From: a virus
DNA: 64,000 nt
Direction: 5' to 3' (one strand)
IMG/VR virus record: IMGVR_UViG_3300027749_000040
Coordinates: 96,001 to 160,000 of that record
Shown here: positions 37,316-47,538 of the stretch, one piece after another
How the letters are laid out: every line of letters begins with the position of its first letter
How positions within the stretch are numbered: the first letter of the stretch is position 1
Translations under genes and position numbers: made by a program
The notes under the pieces: generated by a model
Told to the model about the DNA's origin: nothing
The model's database searches: none
Seen by the model: only the letters and a program-made list of their open reading frames with translations

Positions 37316-38002
37316 ATGTATATACCAAACAAATATAATTATGTCCCTTTACTTAGAGAAACAATCAACGGTTCTAGAAAATATGCTACACCGGATGGTG
37401 AAAAATTACCTAGTGTCACTACAATACTAGACTTCACTAAATCAGAAGAATCTAAACAAGCATTACAAAACTGGCGCAAGCGTGTTGGCACTCAGAAAGC
37501 TCAAGAAATCACTACAGAAGCCGCAGGTCGCGGAACTCGTATGCACAAGTGGATCGAGGATTACATAAAAACAGGAATTATCAATGAGCCCGGAAGTAAT
37601 CCTTATAGCCAGCAGAGCCATAAAATGGCCCAATCAATCATTTCTCAGGGCCTTAGTAAATGCAATGAATATTGGGGAACGGAAGTTCCCCTCTATTATC
37701 CAAAAATTTACGCAGGTACTACAGACTTAGCAGGGGTGCATGATGGTAATGAAGCTATCATGGACCACAAGCAAACAAACAAACCAAAGAAACGTGAATG
37801 GATTGATGACTACTTTGTTCAATTAGCGGCTTATGCTAATGCTCACAATGAAGTACATGGTACTAAGATCCGTAAAGGGGTTATTTTTATGTGTGATCCT
37901 ACTTGCTTATATCAGGAATTCATTATAGAAGGTAGTGAATTCGACAAATACACTGATATGTGGTTCAAAAGAGTTGAACAGTACTATACACAGTTCCTAT
38001 AA
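37316..38002 (+). CDS. PD-(D/E)XK exonuclease
   Basis: PSVTTIL, RGTRMH, AGTTD, IMDHK, QLAAYA. Confidence 0.88.
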   Translation: MYIPNKYNYVPLLRETINGSRKYATPDGEKLPSVTTILDFTKSEESKQALQNWRKRVGTQKAQEITTEAAGRGTRMHKWIEDYIKTGIINEPGSNPYSQQSHKMAQSIISQGLSKCNEYWGTEVPLYYPKIYAGTTDLAGVHDGNEAIMDHKQTNKPKKREWIDDYFVQLAAYANAHNEVHGTKIRKGVIFMCDPTCLYQEFIIEGSEFDKYTDMWFKRVEQYYTQFL

Positions 38003-38010
38003 TAAAAATT

Positions 38011-38048
38011 GATAAATAAGTGTAAATCTGTAAAGAATTACACTTATG
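38011..38048 (+). promoter_or_regulatory. Late promoter GATAAATA overlapping a hairpin that covers the start codon
   Basis: ATAAGTGTAA (38016-38025) / TTACACTTAT (38038-38047). Confidence 0.7.
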
Positions 38049-40301
38049 GCAATCATTCAAATCTCGAAAATTCAGCAACGATCAGGTAATCTGGTTGATT
38101 TGCCACAACTAGATGAAGCACAATTCGGTTGGGCAAGTGACGCCAAACGACTGTTCATCGGTAAAACCACTCCTAATGAAAACATCGAAGTATTAACTTC
38201 TTATTCTAACATTAGTTTTAGTCAAATTGATGGATCAGATGGTGGTAATTTTAATATTTCAACTGCTACTAGCGGTCAAGTTTTGACATATGTTGGTACT
38301 ACTAACACATGGGAAAATTGGCCCAGCACTGACATTCTGACTGCAAACGCTAACTTCAAACTTGATTTGGGTGACGTTGGCAACATTAAAATGGATGGCG
38401 GCGCAACCGGTTATGTGCTAGAAACTGATGGTGTGGGTAATGTATCTTGGACTAGCAAAGGCACACTACGGACTAGTATTGTAGCTTTATCAAATGCTAC
38501 ACCGGTGATTATGACAGTAGCGAATACCACACCATATACTAATGGTTTGGCAGTCACTATTAGTGGCGCAAACGCTACCAATGCAAATACTATTGTTAAC
38601 GGTCAAACCTTTTATGTAAAGGTTGCAGTTGATTTCCCCACATCAGGTAATGCCGCACTGTATCAGACTCAAGATTTGGCAAATGCAAATGCAGTAGTAG
38701 GTACAACTTTAGGTACATATACTGCCAATTCAGGTATCGCTACCGCACTTATTAGCGGTGGGGGTGTATCTAATGCAGGTGGTTCTGTAAATACAATTCA
38801 ATTTAATAATTCAGGTGTACTAGACGGTTCTGCTAATTTTACAATCACCGGTGGTAGTCTAGTTACATTAAATGGCAATTTTAGCGCAAGCAATATAGCA
38901 GGTGGAAATTTAGTAACTGCTAGTTTTGTAGCAGGTACCTTAATAACTTCCGCACAACCAAACATCACTTCAACTGGTACCTTAGCAGGTATTGTTGTTG
39001 CGGGTAACATTACTCCAAATGCAAACATTACATATAGTTTAGGAAATAACACAAACAGATTCCGTGATTTGTATCTAGCTAACAGTACAATATATATTGG
39101 TGCACAAACAATCAGTGCTAACACCTCATCAGTTATTATCTCGGGAAATCTTGTTGCTAATATAGTAGGTAATGTTTCTGGAAATACAACGACAGCAGGC
39201 ACTGTAACAACGAATGCACAACCAAACATTACGAGTGTTGGTACATTAACATCTGTCTCAGTTTCTGGAAATGCAAATATTGGAAATATTGGCACAGGTG
39301 GTTTAATTACTGCCACCGGCAATATTTCTGGTGCAAACATTAATGGTACTTTCTATGGTGCTGGTACAGGATTGACAAGTATACCCGGCGCCAATGTGTC
39401 AGGTACTGTAGCAAATGCAACATATGCAATAACCGCCGGGACAGCATACAGTGTGGCTGCCGGCAATATATCCGGAACAGTTAATTTAGCGAATTATGCG
39501 ACAACAGCAAATGCTGTAGCAGGCGCTAATGTGTCAGGTACTGTAGCAAATGCAACTTACGCAACAAGTGCAGGAAGTGCAACAACAGCGGGTACTGTAA
39601 CAACTAACAATCAACCAAATATTACTTCAGTTGGTACACTAACTTCTGTTTCAGTATCCGGTAATTCTACTGCGGGTAATTTAATAACAGGTGGTGTTGT
39701 TAGTGCTACTGGCAATGCTAGCGTACTTGGCATTAAGACTGACAACTATTATTATGCTAATGGTGTAGCAATCAGTTTTGACGGAGCATATAGCAATTCA
39801 AATGTTGCGGCATACTTGCCTACGTTTACTGGTACTGTGGGTGCAACCACATTAACAACTGGTGCTAATACAACATTGGGGAACATTACTGGTAACTGGC
39901 AACTTACTGCGGGTTCACGATTGAATTCAACATATGCTGACTTGGCAGAATATTATGAGGCTGATGCTGAATACAAACCGGGTACTGTGTTGGAGTTTGG
40001 TGGAGAAAAGGAAGTCACCATCGCTAAAGACGGTACTAATAAAGTAGCAGGCGTAGTATCAACTAACCCAGCATATGCTATGAATGCAAACTGTCAAGGT
40101 ATTGCTGTAGCTATTGCACTACAAGGTCGTGTACCAACCAAAGTGTGTGGTACAATAAGTAAAGGTGACATGTTAGTGTCAGGTGGTGATGGCTATGCTA
40201 GATCAAGTTCAGCACCATATATGGGAACAGTCATCGGTAAATCATTAGAAAACTTTGATGGTATAGAAGGTATCATTGAAGTAGCAGTCGGTAGATTATA
40301 A
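38046..40301 (+). CDS. Tail fibre-like protein with C-terminal intramolecular-chaperone/peptidase-G2-like domain
   Basis: N/G/T/A-rich, QPNITSVGTL repeats; ADLAEYY...GVVSTNPAY...ALQGRVP...KGDMLVS. Confidence 0.75.
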   Translation: MAIIQISKIQQRSGNLVDLPQLDEAQFGWASDAKRLFIGKTTPNENIEVLTSYSNISFSQIDGSDGGNFNISTATSGQVLTYVGTTNTWENWPSTDILTANANFKLDLGDVGNIKMDGGATGYVLETDGVGNVSWTSKGTLRTSIVALSNATPVIMTVANTTPYTNGLAVTISGANATNANTIVNGQTFYVKVAVDFPTSGNAALYQTQDLANANAVVGTTLGTYTANSGIATALISGGGVSNAGGSVNTIQFNNSGVLDGSANFTITGGSLVTLNGNFSASNIAGGNLVTASFVAGTLITSAQPNITSTGTLAGIVVAGNITPNANITYSLGNNTNRFRDLYLANSTIYIGAQTISANTSSVIISGNLVANIVGNVSGNTTTAGTVTTNAQPNITSVGTLTSVSVSGNANIGNIGTGGLITATGNISGANINGTFYGAGTGLTSIPGANVSGTVANATYAITAGTAYSVAAGNISGTVNLANYATTANAVAGANVSGTVANATYATSAGSATTAGTVTTNNQPNITSVGTLTSVSVSGNSTAGNLITGGVVSATGNASVLGIKTDNYYYANGVAISFDGAYSNSNVAAYLPTFTGTVGATTLTTGANTTLGNITGNWQLTAGSRLNSTYADLAEYYEADAEYKPGTVLEFGGEKEVTIAKDGTNKVAGVVSTNPAYAMNANCQGIAVAIALQGRVPTKVCGTISKGDMLVSGGDGYARSSSAPYMGTVIGKSLENFDGIEGIIEVAVGRL

Positions 40302-40329
40302 GAATAAATATAATATAGGAATATTTAAA

Positions 40330-40884
40330 ATGGCATCATATGTATATACACCAAGTTCAGCAGTAACAACATCAGCAATCATTGCTACCGATAAAGTACA
40401 AATTGCTACAACTGATACTGCAATTCAATACACAACTAGTTTCCCCAATGTAGCATTGACTGGAACAATTACCTGTGCCACTAATACTACAACTGTTACG
40501 GGATCAGGTACATTATTCTTATCAGAACTTAACGTTGGTGCATGGATTGGAAACACAGCAGGTAGTACTGCGGGTATTGTAAAAGGAATTGCTAATAATA
40601 CAAGCCTAACATTAACTGCTAATTCAGTTGTGGCAATTAGTAATGCAACAGCAAGATATAGTCCATACGGTGTACCATATACAATAGCAGATGCTAACAG
40701 TACCATTATTCCTAAAAATACTATTAGAAATAGTATTATTGTAGGTCAAGGAAATATCGTATCATTTCTTAAAAACGGCGCAGGCGTTGATCAGATAAGT
40801 ATTACTGAACTAGGTGCACCTCACGCCAATACTGGTACTACTGGTGTCTTTGCTACACCAAATTTTGGCGGTCCTACAACTTAA
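40330..40884 (+). CDS. Virion structural protein
   Basis: AATAAATA 40303-40310; GTIT...VTGSGTLFLSEL..G beta-domain. Confidence 0.6.
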   Translation: MASYVYTPSSAVTTSAIIATDKVQIATTDTAIQYTTSFPNVALTGTITCATNTTTVTGSGTLFLSELNVGAWIGNTAGSTAGIVKGIANNTSLTLTANSVVAISNATARYSPYGVPYTIADANSTIIPKNTIRNSIIVGQGNIVSFLKNGAGVDQISITELGAPHANTGTTGVFATPNFGGPTT

Positions 40885-40898
40885 TTTTACTCTTTTTT

Positions 40899-40985
40899 GA
40901 TAAATATAACATACACTCTCATTCTGAGAGTTTATGCAGTAACCCACTGCGTAGTGACTAGAACTCACTAATTATTCAAAGGAAA
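40899..40985 (+). promoter_or_regulatory. Late promoter GATAAATA plus three-hairpin 5' leader
   Basis: Stems at 40915-40931, 40933-40953 and 40952-40970. Confidence 0.6.
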
Positions 40986-40990
40986 AACAA

Positions 40991-42361
40991 ATGGGACGTC
41001 CTCTAAAAATCGCAAAGGCTCAAGCAGTCTTAACAATCACAGCTACAACAGCGGCAACAGGTGCCGTTACAGTATCTCAAAGTCTTACAACAGCTGGTAT
41101 TATCGCAGGTATGCCATTCGTAATAGCATCCAATGTTGGTAATTTAGTTACTGCAACAACATACTACGTTTTAGTAGTTATTGACGCAAATAACTTTACA
41201 GTTTCCGCTACTGACCTAAGTGCAAATACAACACGCACAGCAGTTACATTGTCTGACACAACTGGTCAATCAGTATCAGCTTCAGTTGGTGTGGTTGATG
41301 CATACTTCAACAACCCAGACGGTGGTGCAGGTTTCCCGTCAACTAATGCTAACACATATGGTGTAGTTGGTGGTAATACATCAATCGTTGGTTCACAGGT
41401 TCTACCACGTGTCGCTATCGGTATCTCTGGTACAGGTAACATTTACTCAAGCGATGCTAGTGCATTAGTATATGGTGCTGGCACAGACTTTGCAAACACA
41501 CTTTCATCTGGTTCTGCAATTCAAGCTGTTGACGCATATGGTACAACTACTAACTTAGGATTTGCTACAGCTACATTTGGTTATGTAGCAGTTGCAGTTG
41601 CTAATACAGTTGTTTCTGGAAACGTCATTGGTACAACGGGTAATGCATTGACATTGGCAGTTAATCAGCCAGTATCGTTCAGTGCTAACTTAGGTACATT
41701 AGTTACAGGTACAACATACTTTGTTAATTCAACTCCTAACGCAGCCGCATTCACTGTTTCTGCCTCATTAGGCGGTGCGCCAAAAGTTATGAGTGCCGCA
41801 ACCGGCACACCAAATGCATTGCAAGATAGCATTACATTGGGAGCAAACGCATCAGCAACTATCACCGGTGTAGGTCAGAATTATGTTTATGCAAATGACG
41901 AAGCAGGTTTCATCTTGCGTCAAAAAGGTAAAACAAAGTATCTAGTACAAGGTGGTACAACTGGTTTAATTGCACAATGTTTTACTGCAAATGTAGCTAA
42001 TACAGCATTAACACCAAATACAATGAACATCTTGTCTACCGATGCAGCCTCTGGTACAGCATTTGTTTCAAGTATTAATGATTACAACAGTGAAATCTTC
42101 CCAACGCAAGTTGCAGCCGGCTCATTGTCAGTAGGTACATTGTATACAATTTACTCTAGTGGTACAACAGATTGGTCAGTATGCGGTGCGGCATCTAATA
42201 TGACAGGTGTTACATTCCTTGCTACAGCCGCAGGTACTGGTACAGGTACTGCTGTTGTTAATAGTGTTAACCCTGATGTTATCGCTACATTCAATACTGC
42301 ATATGCCGCTAATACATACGCAGGTCAACCTAACCCAATCGTAACTATTGCGAGTGCATGA
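40991..42361 (+). CDS. Virion structural protein (Ala/Thr/Gly-rich, repeated beta domains)
   Basis: MGRPLK start; two GNLV..TTY(Y/F)V...FTVSA repeats; ILRQKG..KYLV. Confidence 0.65.
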   Translation: MGRPLKIAKAQAVLTITATTAATGAVTVSQSLTTAGIIAGMPFVIASNVGNLVTATTYYVLVVIDANNFTVSATDLSANTTRTAVTLSDTTGQSVSASVGVVDAYFNNPDGGAGFPSTNANTYGVVGGNTSIVGSQVLPRVAIGISGTGNIYSSDASALVYGAGTDFANTLSSGSAIQAVDAYGTTTNLGFATATFGYVAVAVANTVVSGNVIGTTGNALTLAVNQPVSFSANLGTLVTGTTYFVNSTPNAAAFTVSASLGGAPKVMSAATGTPNALQDSITLGANASATITGVGQNYVYANDEAGFILRQKGKTKYLVQGGTTGLIAQCFTANVANTALTPNTMNILSTDAASGTAFVSSINDYNSEIFPTQVAAGSLSVGTLYTIYSSGTTDWSVCGAASNMTGVTFLATAAGTGTGTAVVNSVNPDVIATFNTAYAANTYAGQPNPIVTIASA

Positions 42362-42675
42362 TCATGACAACAGGTAGAACTATTAAAATGCCAAAAACTG
42401 AAACCGATATAGCAGTTCTTCAAGTAGAAGTTCAAAACATAACCGATGATATTCGTGAGATAAAAACAGATATCAAAGATATACACGTTGAAATGGTTAA
42501 AAACAACGATGATACTAGGGGGATGTTAAAGAGCATGAAAGACGCTAGTTCGACCGCACATCAGGCTATGTCTGACAAAATCACCGCATTAGAAAAATGG
42601 AGATGGATGATGATGGGCGCCGGAGTTGTAATAGGATCACTTGGGTTTGATACAATAGCAAAATTGCTAAAATAA
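42358..42675 (+). CDS. Coiled-coil protein with C-terminal TM helix (holin-like candidate)
   Basis: Heptad repeats, then LEKWRWMMMGAGVVIG. Confidence 0.5.
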   Translation: MIMTTGRTIKMPKTETDIAVLQVEVQNITDDIREIKTDIKDIHVEMVKNNDDTRGMLKSMKDASSTAHQAMSDKITALEKWRWMMMGAGVVIGSLGFDTIAKLLK

Positions 42676-42701
42676 AAAAAGAGACTTAGGTCTCTTTTTT
42701 T
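42674..42701. terminator. Bidirectional Rho-independent terminator
   Basis: A7-GAGAC-TTAG-GTCTC-T7 between convergent genes. Confidence 0.85.
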
Positions 42702-43102
42702 GTAAGTGCGTGTAGTTTCTTCTGAACAACGTCAAAGTTAACCGTGTTAAACAATCCCGGATGTAATGGTTTAGGATATTGCTTATTACCCACCCAAGCA
42801 TAACCACAATGCTCGTCATTTAATATAGGGGTAAACTCATTCGTTACTTTACAAAAGAATGTATGATATGTAAAAGTTTTATTTACGAATTTTTGAATAG
42901 GTATTAATTTTGCATTATTTGGAAAGTAGTTTATTTCTTCTATACACTCACGCTGTAACCCTTCAAGTAGTGTTTCATCAACTTCTATCTTGCCACCGGG
43001 TATACCCCAGTTATCAGGGTTTTTACTATCATTTCTTAACAGATATAAGAAACGATCAGTAATTGTAGAATAGAAAAAAACACCTGCAGAAATATTGCTC
43101 AT
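42686..43102 (-). CDS. Nudix hydrolase
   Basis: WGIPGGKIEVDETLLEGLQRECIEEI Nudix box; ATG 43102 follows GATAAATC (43108-43115, minus strand). Confidence 0.9.
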   Translation of the reverse strand: MSNISAGVFFYSTITDRFLYLLRNDSKNPDNWGIPGGKIEVDETLLEGLQRECIEEINYFPNNAKLIPIQKFVNKTFTYHTFFCKVTNEFTPILNDEHCGYAWVGNKQYPKPLHPGLFNTVNFDVVQKKLHALTKKET

Positions 43103-43121
43103 ACTATGATTTATCATAGTG

Positions 43122-44495
43122 TTAGATCACGATAGAATAATCACCTTGATCATACCAACCTTCATATGATTTCATCCAAACACCGTCGGGGGTATAACGA
43201 TATTGAATTGCAGTTGTTAGATTAGTTACATATTCAACTGTAGTGGATAATCGGCTATCAAAACTAACATACCATGAAGCAGAAGCACTATCATATTCTA
43301 CAATATCATTTGCATGGGCAATTAACTCACCCCAGGCAATAGTAGGACTTCCTTCACTACCAACAGACTCAACCAACAGATATCTGACACCATTAATGGG
43401 CCCCGGTAACCCTGCGTTAGGTCCTGATATTAAAGGATTTACTACACTGTTGACAGGGCTTAATGTATTTTGCGGTAATGTATCAGTGTCAATATTATAT
43501 ATTAATAGTCTATCATCTGTTGGATCCGGAACAATTGTACCAACAATGTCGGTTGTCATATATGGATTTTGTAACCATATCTGGCTGATACCCGGTCTTA
43601 TAGTCCCGTACACATTTAATAAACTTGTCCAATACAAACTAGTATCAGGTGGTGCAGGATAATTCAAATCTATATTACTTACAAAATTATTATTATCAGC
43701 CGGTAATAGTTGCAGTCTGTTACCCATCAACAATACTTTATAACCATATGGTGTAATCTTTTGACGAGTACCTAATAATAAGTCATCGTCTTGTATATCT
43801 TGTAATGCTTTACCTTTGAAAATACTTGCAATAACTTTTTCAATAACACCAAGCTTTTTAAGTTTTGCCGCATTGCTTAACCAGATAGGCATGTAAAACT
43901 TCCATGACATAACATCAATGGGGTTTGCAGTACCTTGGGGTATTGTTCTACTACTAAAGGTTAAACCATCTTGATACACAACACTTAAACTAGTCCAATC
44001 AATAAAGTTGTCTGTTGATTGAATTTCCATAGATGGATTAAACAGTGTACCCAATTGTTCTATTAATTCTAATTTTTGCTGATAGTTAGTAGTCCAAAAA
44101 TCTACAGTGACACGCAATGTATATGGAACAGGCATTAGTCTTTCAACTGTAAATGCTTGCCCCTGAACACTTTCATATTGACCTGTTTCAGTATTAAATG
44201 TTCGTTGTCTAACATTAATTCTATCTACATAAGTAGGATCTTGTGTACGTCTTTGATCGTACTCTAGTCCACTGATGTAATAAGTAATCAAAGGCGCACT
44301 TGGTAAATTGCTTGCACTATTGTTAGCAATTATTGTACTTGCTTGTCTACTACTGTCTCCGTACATTATAGGCACACGCACACGAATCTCATTTCCTGCA
44401 GGGTCTTTACCTTTGGTTACCTCCCAATAACTAAAGATTTTTGCAAATTGAATTAAAAATCTGCGTATCTGATTATCATAGAAAAAAGCGGCCAT
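43122..44495 (-). CDS. Tail terminator/sheath stabiliser (T4 gp15-like) with C-terminal extension
   Basis: FFYDNQIRRF, VPIMYG, MPVPYTL, LELIEQL..LFNP. Confidence 0.8.
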   Translation of the reverse strand: MAAFFYDNQIRRFLIQFAKIFSYWEVTKGKDPAGNEIRVRVPIMYGDSSRQASTIIANNSASNLPSAPLITYYISGLEYDQRRTQDPTYVDRINVRQRTFNTETGQYESVQGQAFTVERLMPVPYTLRVTVDFWTTNYQQKLELIEQLGTLFNPSMEIQSTDNFIDWTSLSVVYQDGLTFSSRTIPQGTANPIDVMSWKFYMPIWLSNAAKLKKLGVIEKVIASIFKGKALQDIQDDDLLLGTRQKITPYGYKVLLMGNRLQLLPADNNNFVSNIDLNYPAPPDTSLYWTSLLNVYGTIRPGISQIWLQNPYMTTDIVGTIVPDPTDDRLLIYNIDTDTLPQNTLSPVNSVVNPLISGPNAGLPGPINGVRYLLVESVGSEGSPTIAWGELIAHANDIVEYDSASASWYVSFDSRLSTTVEYVTNLTTAIQYRYTPDGVWMKSYEGWYDQGDYSIVI

Positions 44496-44505
44496 ATATT
44501 ATTCT

Positions 44506-46275
44506 TTAGGGTTTGGGTGGTAGTGGGTCGGGTGCAATTGTCAATATAGTAGACAATGCTTGTTTCTGCGGAATTATTGTTCCCGACGTTGTTACAGTAA
44601 CATTGCTGTTATTTATGAAGCTTGCTGTTTGTGTCTTATCGTCATCAATCAATCCAGTATCCGTACGAACATTCTCACTAATTCTAACCCATAGTTGACC
44701 ATCCCATCGATATAGTAACTGCGGTAAGTAATCAATTCGTAAAAAGTAATCTCCTACTTGTGGATTTTGCGGGAAACTAATGCCTGCACCAGTTGGGAAG
44801 CCATTTGGAGCCTGTCCATCTCCTGCCATATAACCTGTTGTATAACCAAAACTTCTTGGACTGCCACGTGCAATGAATTGGAATCGAGGATCACAGTCAG
44901 CACGATAGTCCATTGTGTTAGGACCGTACGGTTCTGTACCTGTAAAGCCTGGCGCAACAGGATTTTGGTCAGCAGTAGCATATGTATTATCTGCGGTACC
45001 ATATGGTCCAGTGATAGTCATCATACTATCAATAGTCAACATCATTTCTGCTTCAACCGAACCTGACCCACTGTCTGTCATCGGCGCCGCAAAACGAATA
45101 GCAGACAACAACATTACTTGATTAGTAGGAGTAGGAGTAGGAGTAGGAGTATTTACCACATTACTTGGTATGGGTGCAGATGGTATTCCGGGGAATGCTA
45201 CATCTAATATATTAGATTTAATAAATGCTATTGTGGCTGCCGGTATGCGTAGATATGGGCTGTCATTCACATATGCAGTGCTTGTATAAATTTCTACTAC
45301 AGGATTAGGAGCTCCGGAACCTGATGCACTAGTAACCACATTGACAGGTGGCGCAGGCTGATTATACTTTCCTGAAGGAACACCGTTTTCACTAAGTGCG
45401 CCGTATGTAGGTACAATATATAGATTGCTATTGTCATAACCAGATTTAGGTAATAAGCGTTTGGCTTCTTCAAGTGCGGCATTATTAATTGCAATATTCT
45501 GATTATATGTAGATAGAATATCTTTAAGATTCTGTTCCTCTGTTAATCGCCAATAATCACTATTGGGCGGATTAGTACCCGCCGGCACATCAGCTATAGA
45601 AATATAATTTTTATCGCCATAACTGATAATATATCCTTCTGGATATGGTTTAGTTTTATCCCATAATCCAAGATAATTGTCTTGATTAATGGGCTCTTGT
45701 AATATCTGACTAAATTCCTCACTATCAACTAATGGTTCACATTTAATGCGCCATAGATGCGGGAACCAAGTCTGGCTAAATCCTTCACTCGCATAATTGC
45801 TATCAGTAATTTGCATGAATCGTTTTAATGCAACTGGGATAGTTTCTTTTAATGGATTGTAATCTAATAAATGAGGCAATTCTAATACATCACCTACCAT
45901 TAGTTTCCGACCGACAATATCAATCATATCGTTATAATGGACGGTTATGAATAATATATCATTGTTTAAGAATAAACCAAATTGACTTAAATCAAAATCT
46001 AAATTCTGTACATTATAGTGACCACGCAAACGATAAATGTTTGGGTCATATGTTCTATCTCTATTCTCTAAAAACAATAAATCCTGAATATTAGTAGGAT
46101 TTAATGTTTCATATTGCGGTTGGGTATAATCAATACTAACACCCTGATCTGTAGGACCTAAATATTTATGAATATATAAGTCCGTGCCGCCAACCCGTAA
46201 TTCTTCGGATATTGTTCTATCAAAGAAACGATAATCATTTTGTTTATTTGGACGGTATAGGGATAACTTTGGCAT
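44506..46275 (-). CDS. Neck protein (T4 gp14-like) with insertions
   Basis: DLSQFGLFL...GDVLELP pattern; adjacent to gp15-like gene; GATAAATA on minus strand at 46281-46288. Confidence 0.6.
   Translation of the reverse strand: MPKLSLYRPNKQNDYRFFDRTISEELRVGGTDLYIHKYLGPTDQGVSIDYTQPQYETLNPTNIQDLLFLENRDRTYDPNIYRLRGHYNVQNLDFDLSQFGLFLNNDILFITVHYNDMIDIVGRKLMVGDVLELPHLLDYNPLKETIPVALKRFMQITDSNYASEGFSQTWFPHLWRIKCEPLVDSEEFSQILQEPINQDNYLGLWDKTKPYPEGYIISYGDKNYISIADVPAGTNPPNSDYWRLTEEQNLKDILSTYNQNIAINNAALEEAKRLLPKSGYDNSNLYIVPTYGALSENGVPSGKYNQPAPPVNVVTSASGSGAPNPVVEIYTSTAYVNDSPYLRIPAATIAFIKSNILDVAFPGIPSAPIPSNVVNTPTPTPTPTNQVMLLSAIRFAAPMTDSGSGSVEAEMMLTIDSMMTITGPYGTADNTYATADQNPVAPGFTGTEPYGPNTMDYRADCDPRFQFIARGSPRSFGYTTGYMAGDGQAPNGFPTGAGISFPQNPQVGDYFLRIDYLPQLLYRWDGQLWVRISENVRTDTGLIDDDKTQTASFINNSNVTVTTSGTIIPQKQALSTILTIAPDPLPPKP
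45124..45150. repeat. (AGTAGG)x4.5 microsatellite encoding a TPTPTPTPT linker
   Basis: Direct reading. Confidence 0.85.
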
Positions 46276-46315
46276 AATAGTATTTATCGCAATGTCCTAC
46301 GCATGAATCCTAAGG

Positions 46316-46344
46316 TTGACAATAAATATGGCTTGTGTTATAAT
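46316..46344 (+). promoter_or_regulatory. Early sigma70 promoter
   Basis: TTGACAATAAAT...TGtTATAAT, 17-bp spacer. Confidence 0.9.
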
Positions 46345-46371
46345 AATTAAATCATAGTAAAGGAGTGCCTA

Positions 46372-47538
46372 ATGGCAACACGTAAGCGTAATTCAGAGGA
46401 CCACAGTCTAGTTAAAGCATTAAATCCACGGGATGTAGATGTTCAATATTATGGAGATGAACCTCTATTTGTACTACAACCTGATGAGGATAAGCGTAGG
46501 GTAGCATTGATGCGTAGTTTTACTTGGTATAATCGTTTCTACGGTAAAAAAGATGCTAAAGAATTATTGAGCCAATATTTGGAATTTAATAATAGAACCG
46601 CTGATTCTAAGATTATGCGTAGGGTTCACGAAAATGAATTCTTAATGACATTGTGCTGGTTAGCCCGTATGCAATTGCGCGGATTGTCATTAACCGAGCA
46701 TGAAGAATTAACTCTCGAAAATGAAATCAATAGATTATTGAAATTAGTACATAAACCTGAGGAAGAAAAAGCCGTAGTTGAGGCCCCTGCACGACCCAAC
46801 ATTCAGGACATTCTAAAAGAAAAGGCACGTGATGCCGCAGGTGAACTTGAAGGTTTATTTGACGAATTCATTACATCGGGCGCGCCCACAAAACATACAT
46901 TACGTCCAATGGATGAGGTTGCCAAAAAGAATGTCATGCCACAACATATCAGTTTGTTAACTGAAGTGTGGAAAAAGAAACAAAATGAGTTTGAAGAATT
47001 ACTCAAGGGTGAAGATAAACAATTAGTTGAGGGCTATACATATCTCAACAAAACACAAATTAAAAATGTAATCAAATTTATTGAACAAGTACTCAATGAT
47101 TTGAACAGTTACATTAGTGTTAAGAAAGCCGCTAAAGCTCCTAGGGCTCGTAAAGCTGTACCGGTAGAAAAAATTGTAGCTAAATTAAAGTATCTTAAGA
47201 CATTCAAAGACACAGCCGCAAAACTTGATTTGATTAGTATCAGTCCTGTCAAGTTACAAGGTGCAAGTGAAGCTTGGATTTATGATAGTGCAAAGCGCAA
47301 GGTGCATCACTATATTGCCGATGAGTATTCAAAAGCATTTACCGTGAAGGGTAACACGTTGCTAGGGTTTGACTCTACAAAGAGTGAGGTTAAAACATTA
47401 CGTAAACCCGCAGAACAACTTAAAGAACTTATGGGAAGCAAGCCGGCGGCACGTAAATTCTTCAATGATATTAAAGCAGTAGCTACTACACCTAACGGTC
47501 GCTTTAATGAGAGTATGATTATTTTGAAAGCATTTTAA
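46372..47538 (+). CDS. Early hypothetical protein
   Basis: AAGGAG SD; basic C-terminal domain KTLRKP...NGRFN. Confidence 0.75.
   Translation: MATRKRNSEDHSLVKALNPRDVDVQYYGDEPLFVLQPDEDKRRVALMRSFTWYNRFYGKKDAKELLSQYLEFNNRTADSKIMRRVHENEFLMTLCWLARMQLRGLSLTEHEELTLENEINRLLKLVHKPEEEKAVVEAPARPNIQDILKEKARDAAGELEGLFDEFITSGAPTKHTLRPMDEVAKKNVMPQHISLLTEVWKKKQNEFEELLKGEDKQLVEGYTYLNKTQIKNVIKFIEQVLNDLNSYISVKKAAKAPRARKAVPVEKIVAKLKYLKTFKDTAAKLDLISISPVKLQGASEAWIYDSAKRKVHHYIADEYSKAFTVKGNTLLGFDSTKSEVKTLRKPAEQLKELMGSKPAARKFFNDIKAVATTPNGRFNESMIILKAF

Noticed and set aside
37316-38002. Cas4
   Set aside because: Lacks the four-Cys Fe-S arrangement and any CRISPR context; ordinary phage PD-(D/E)XK exonuclease
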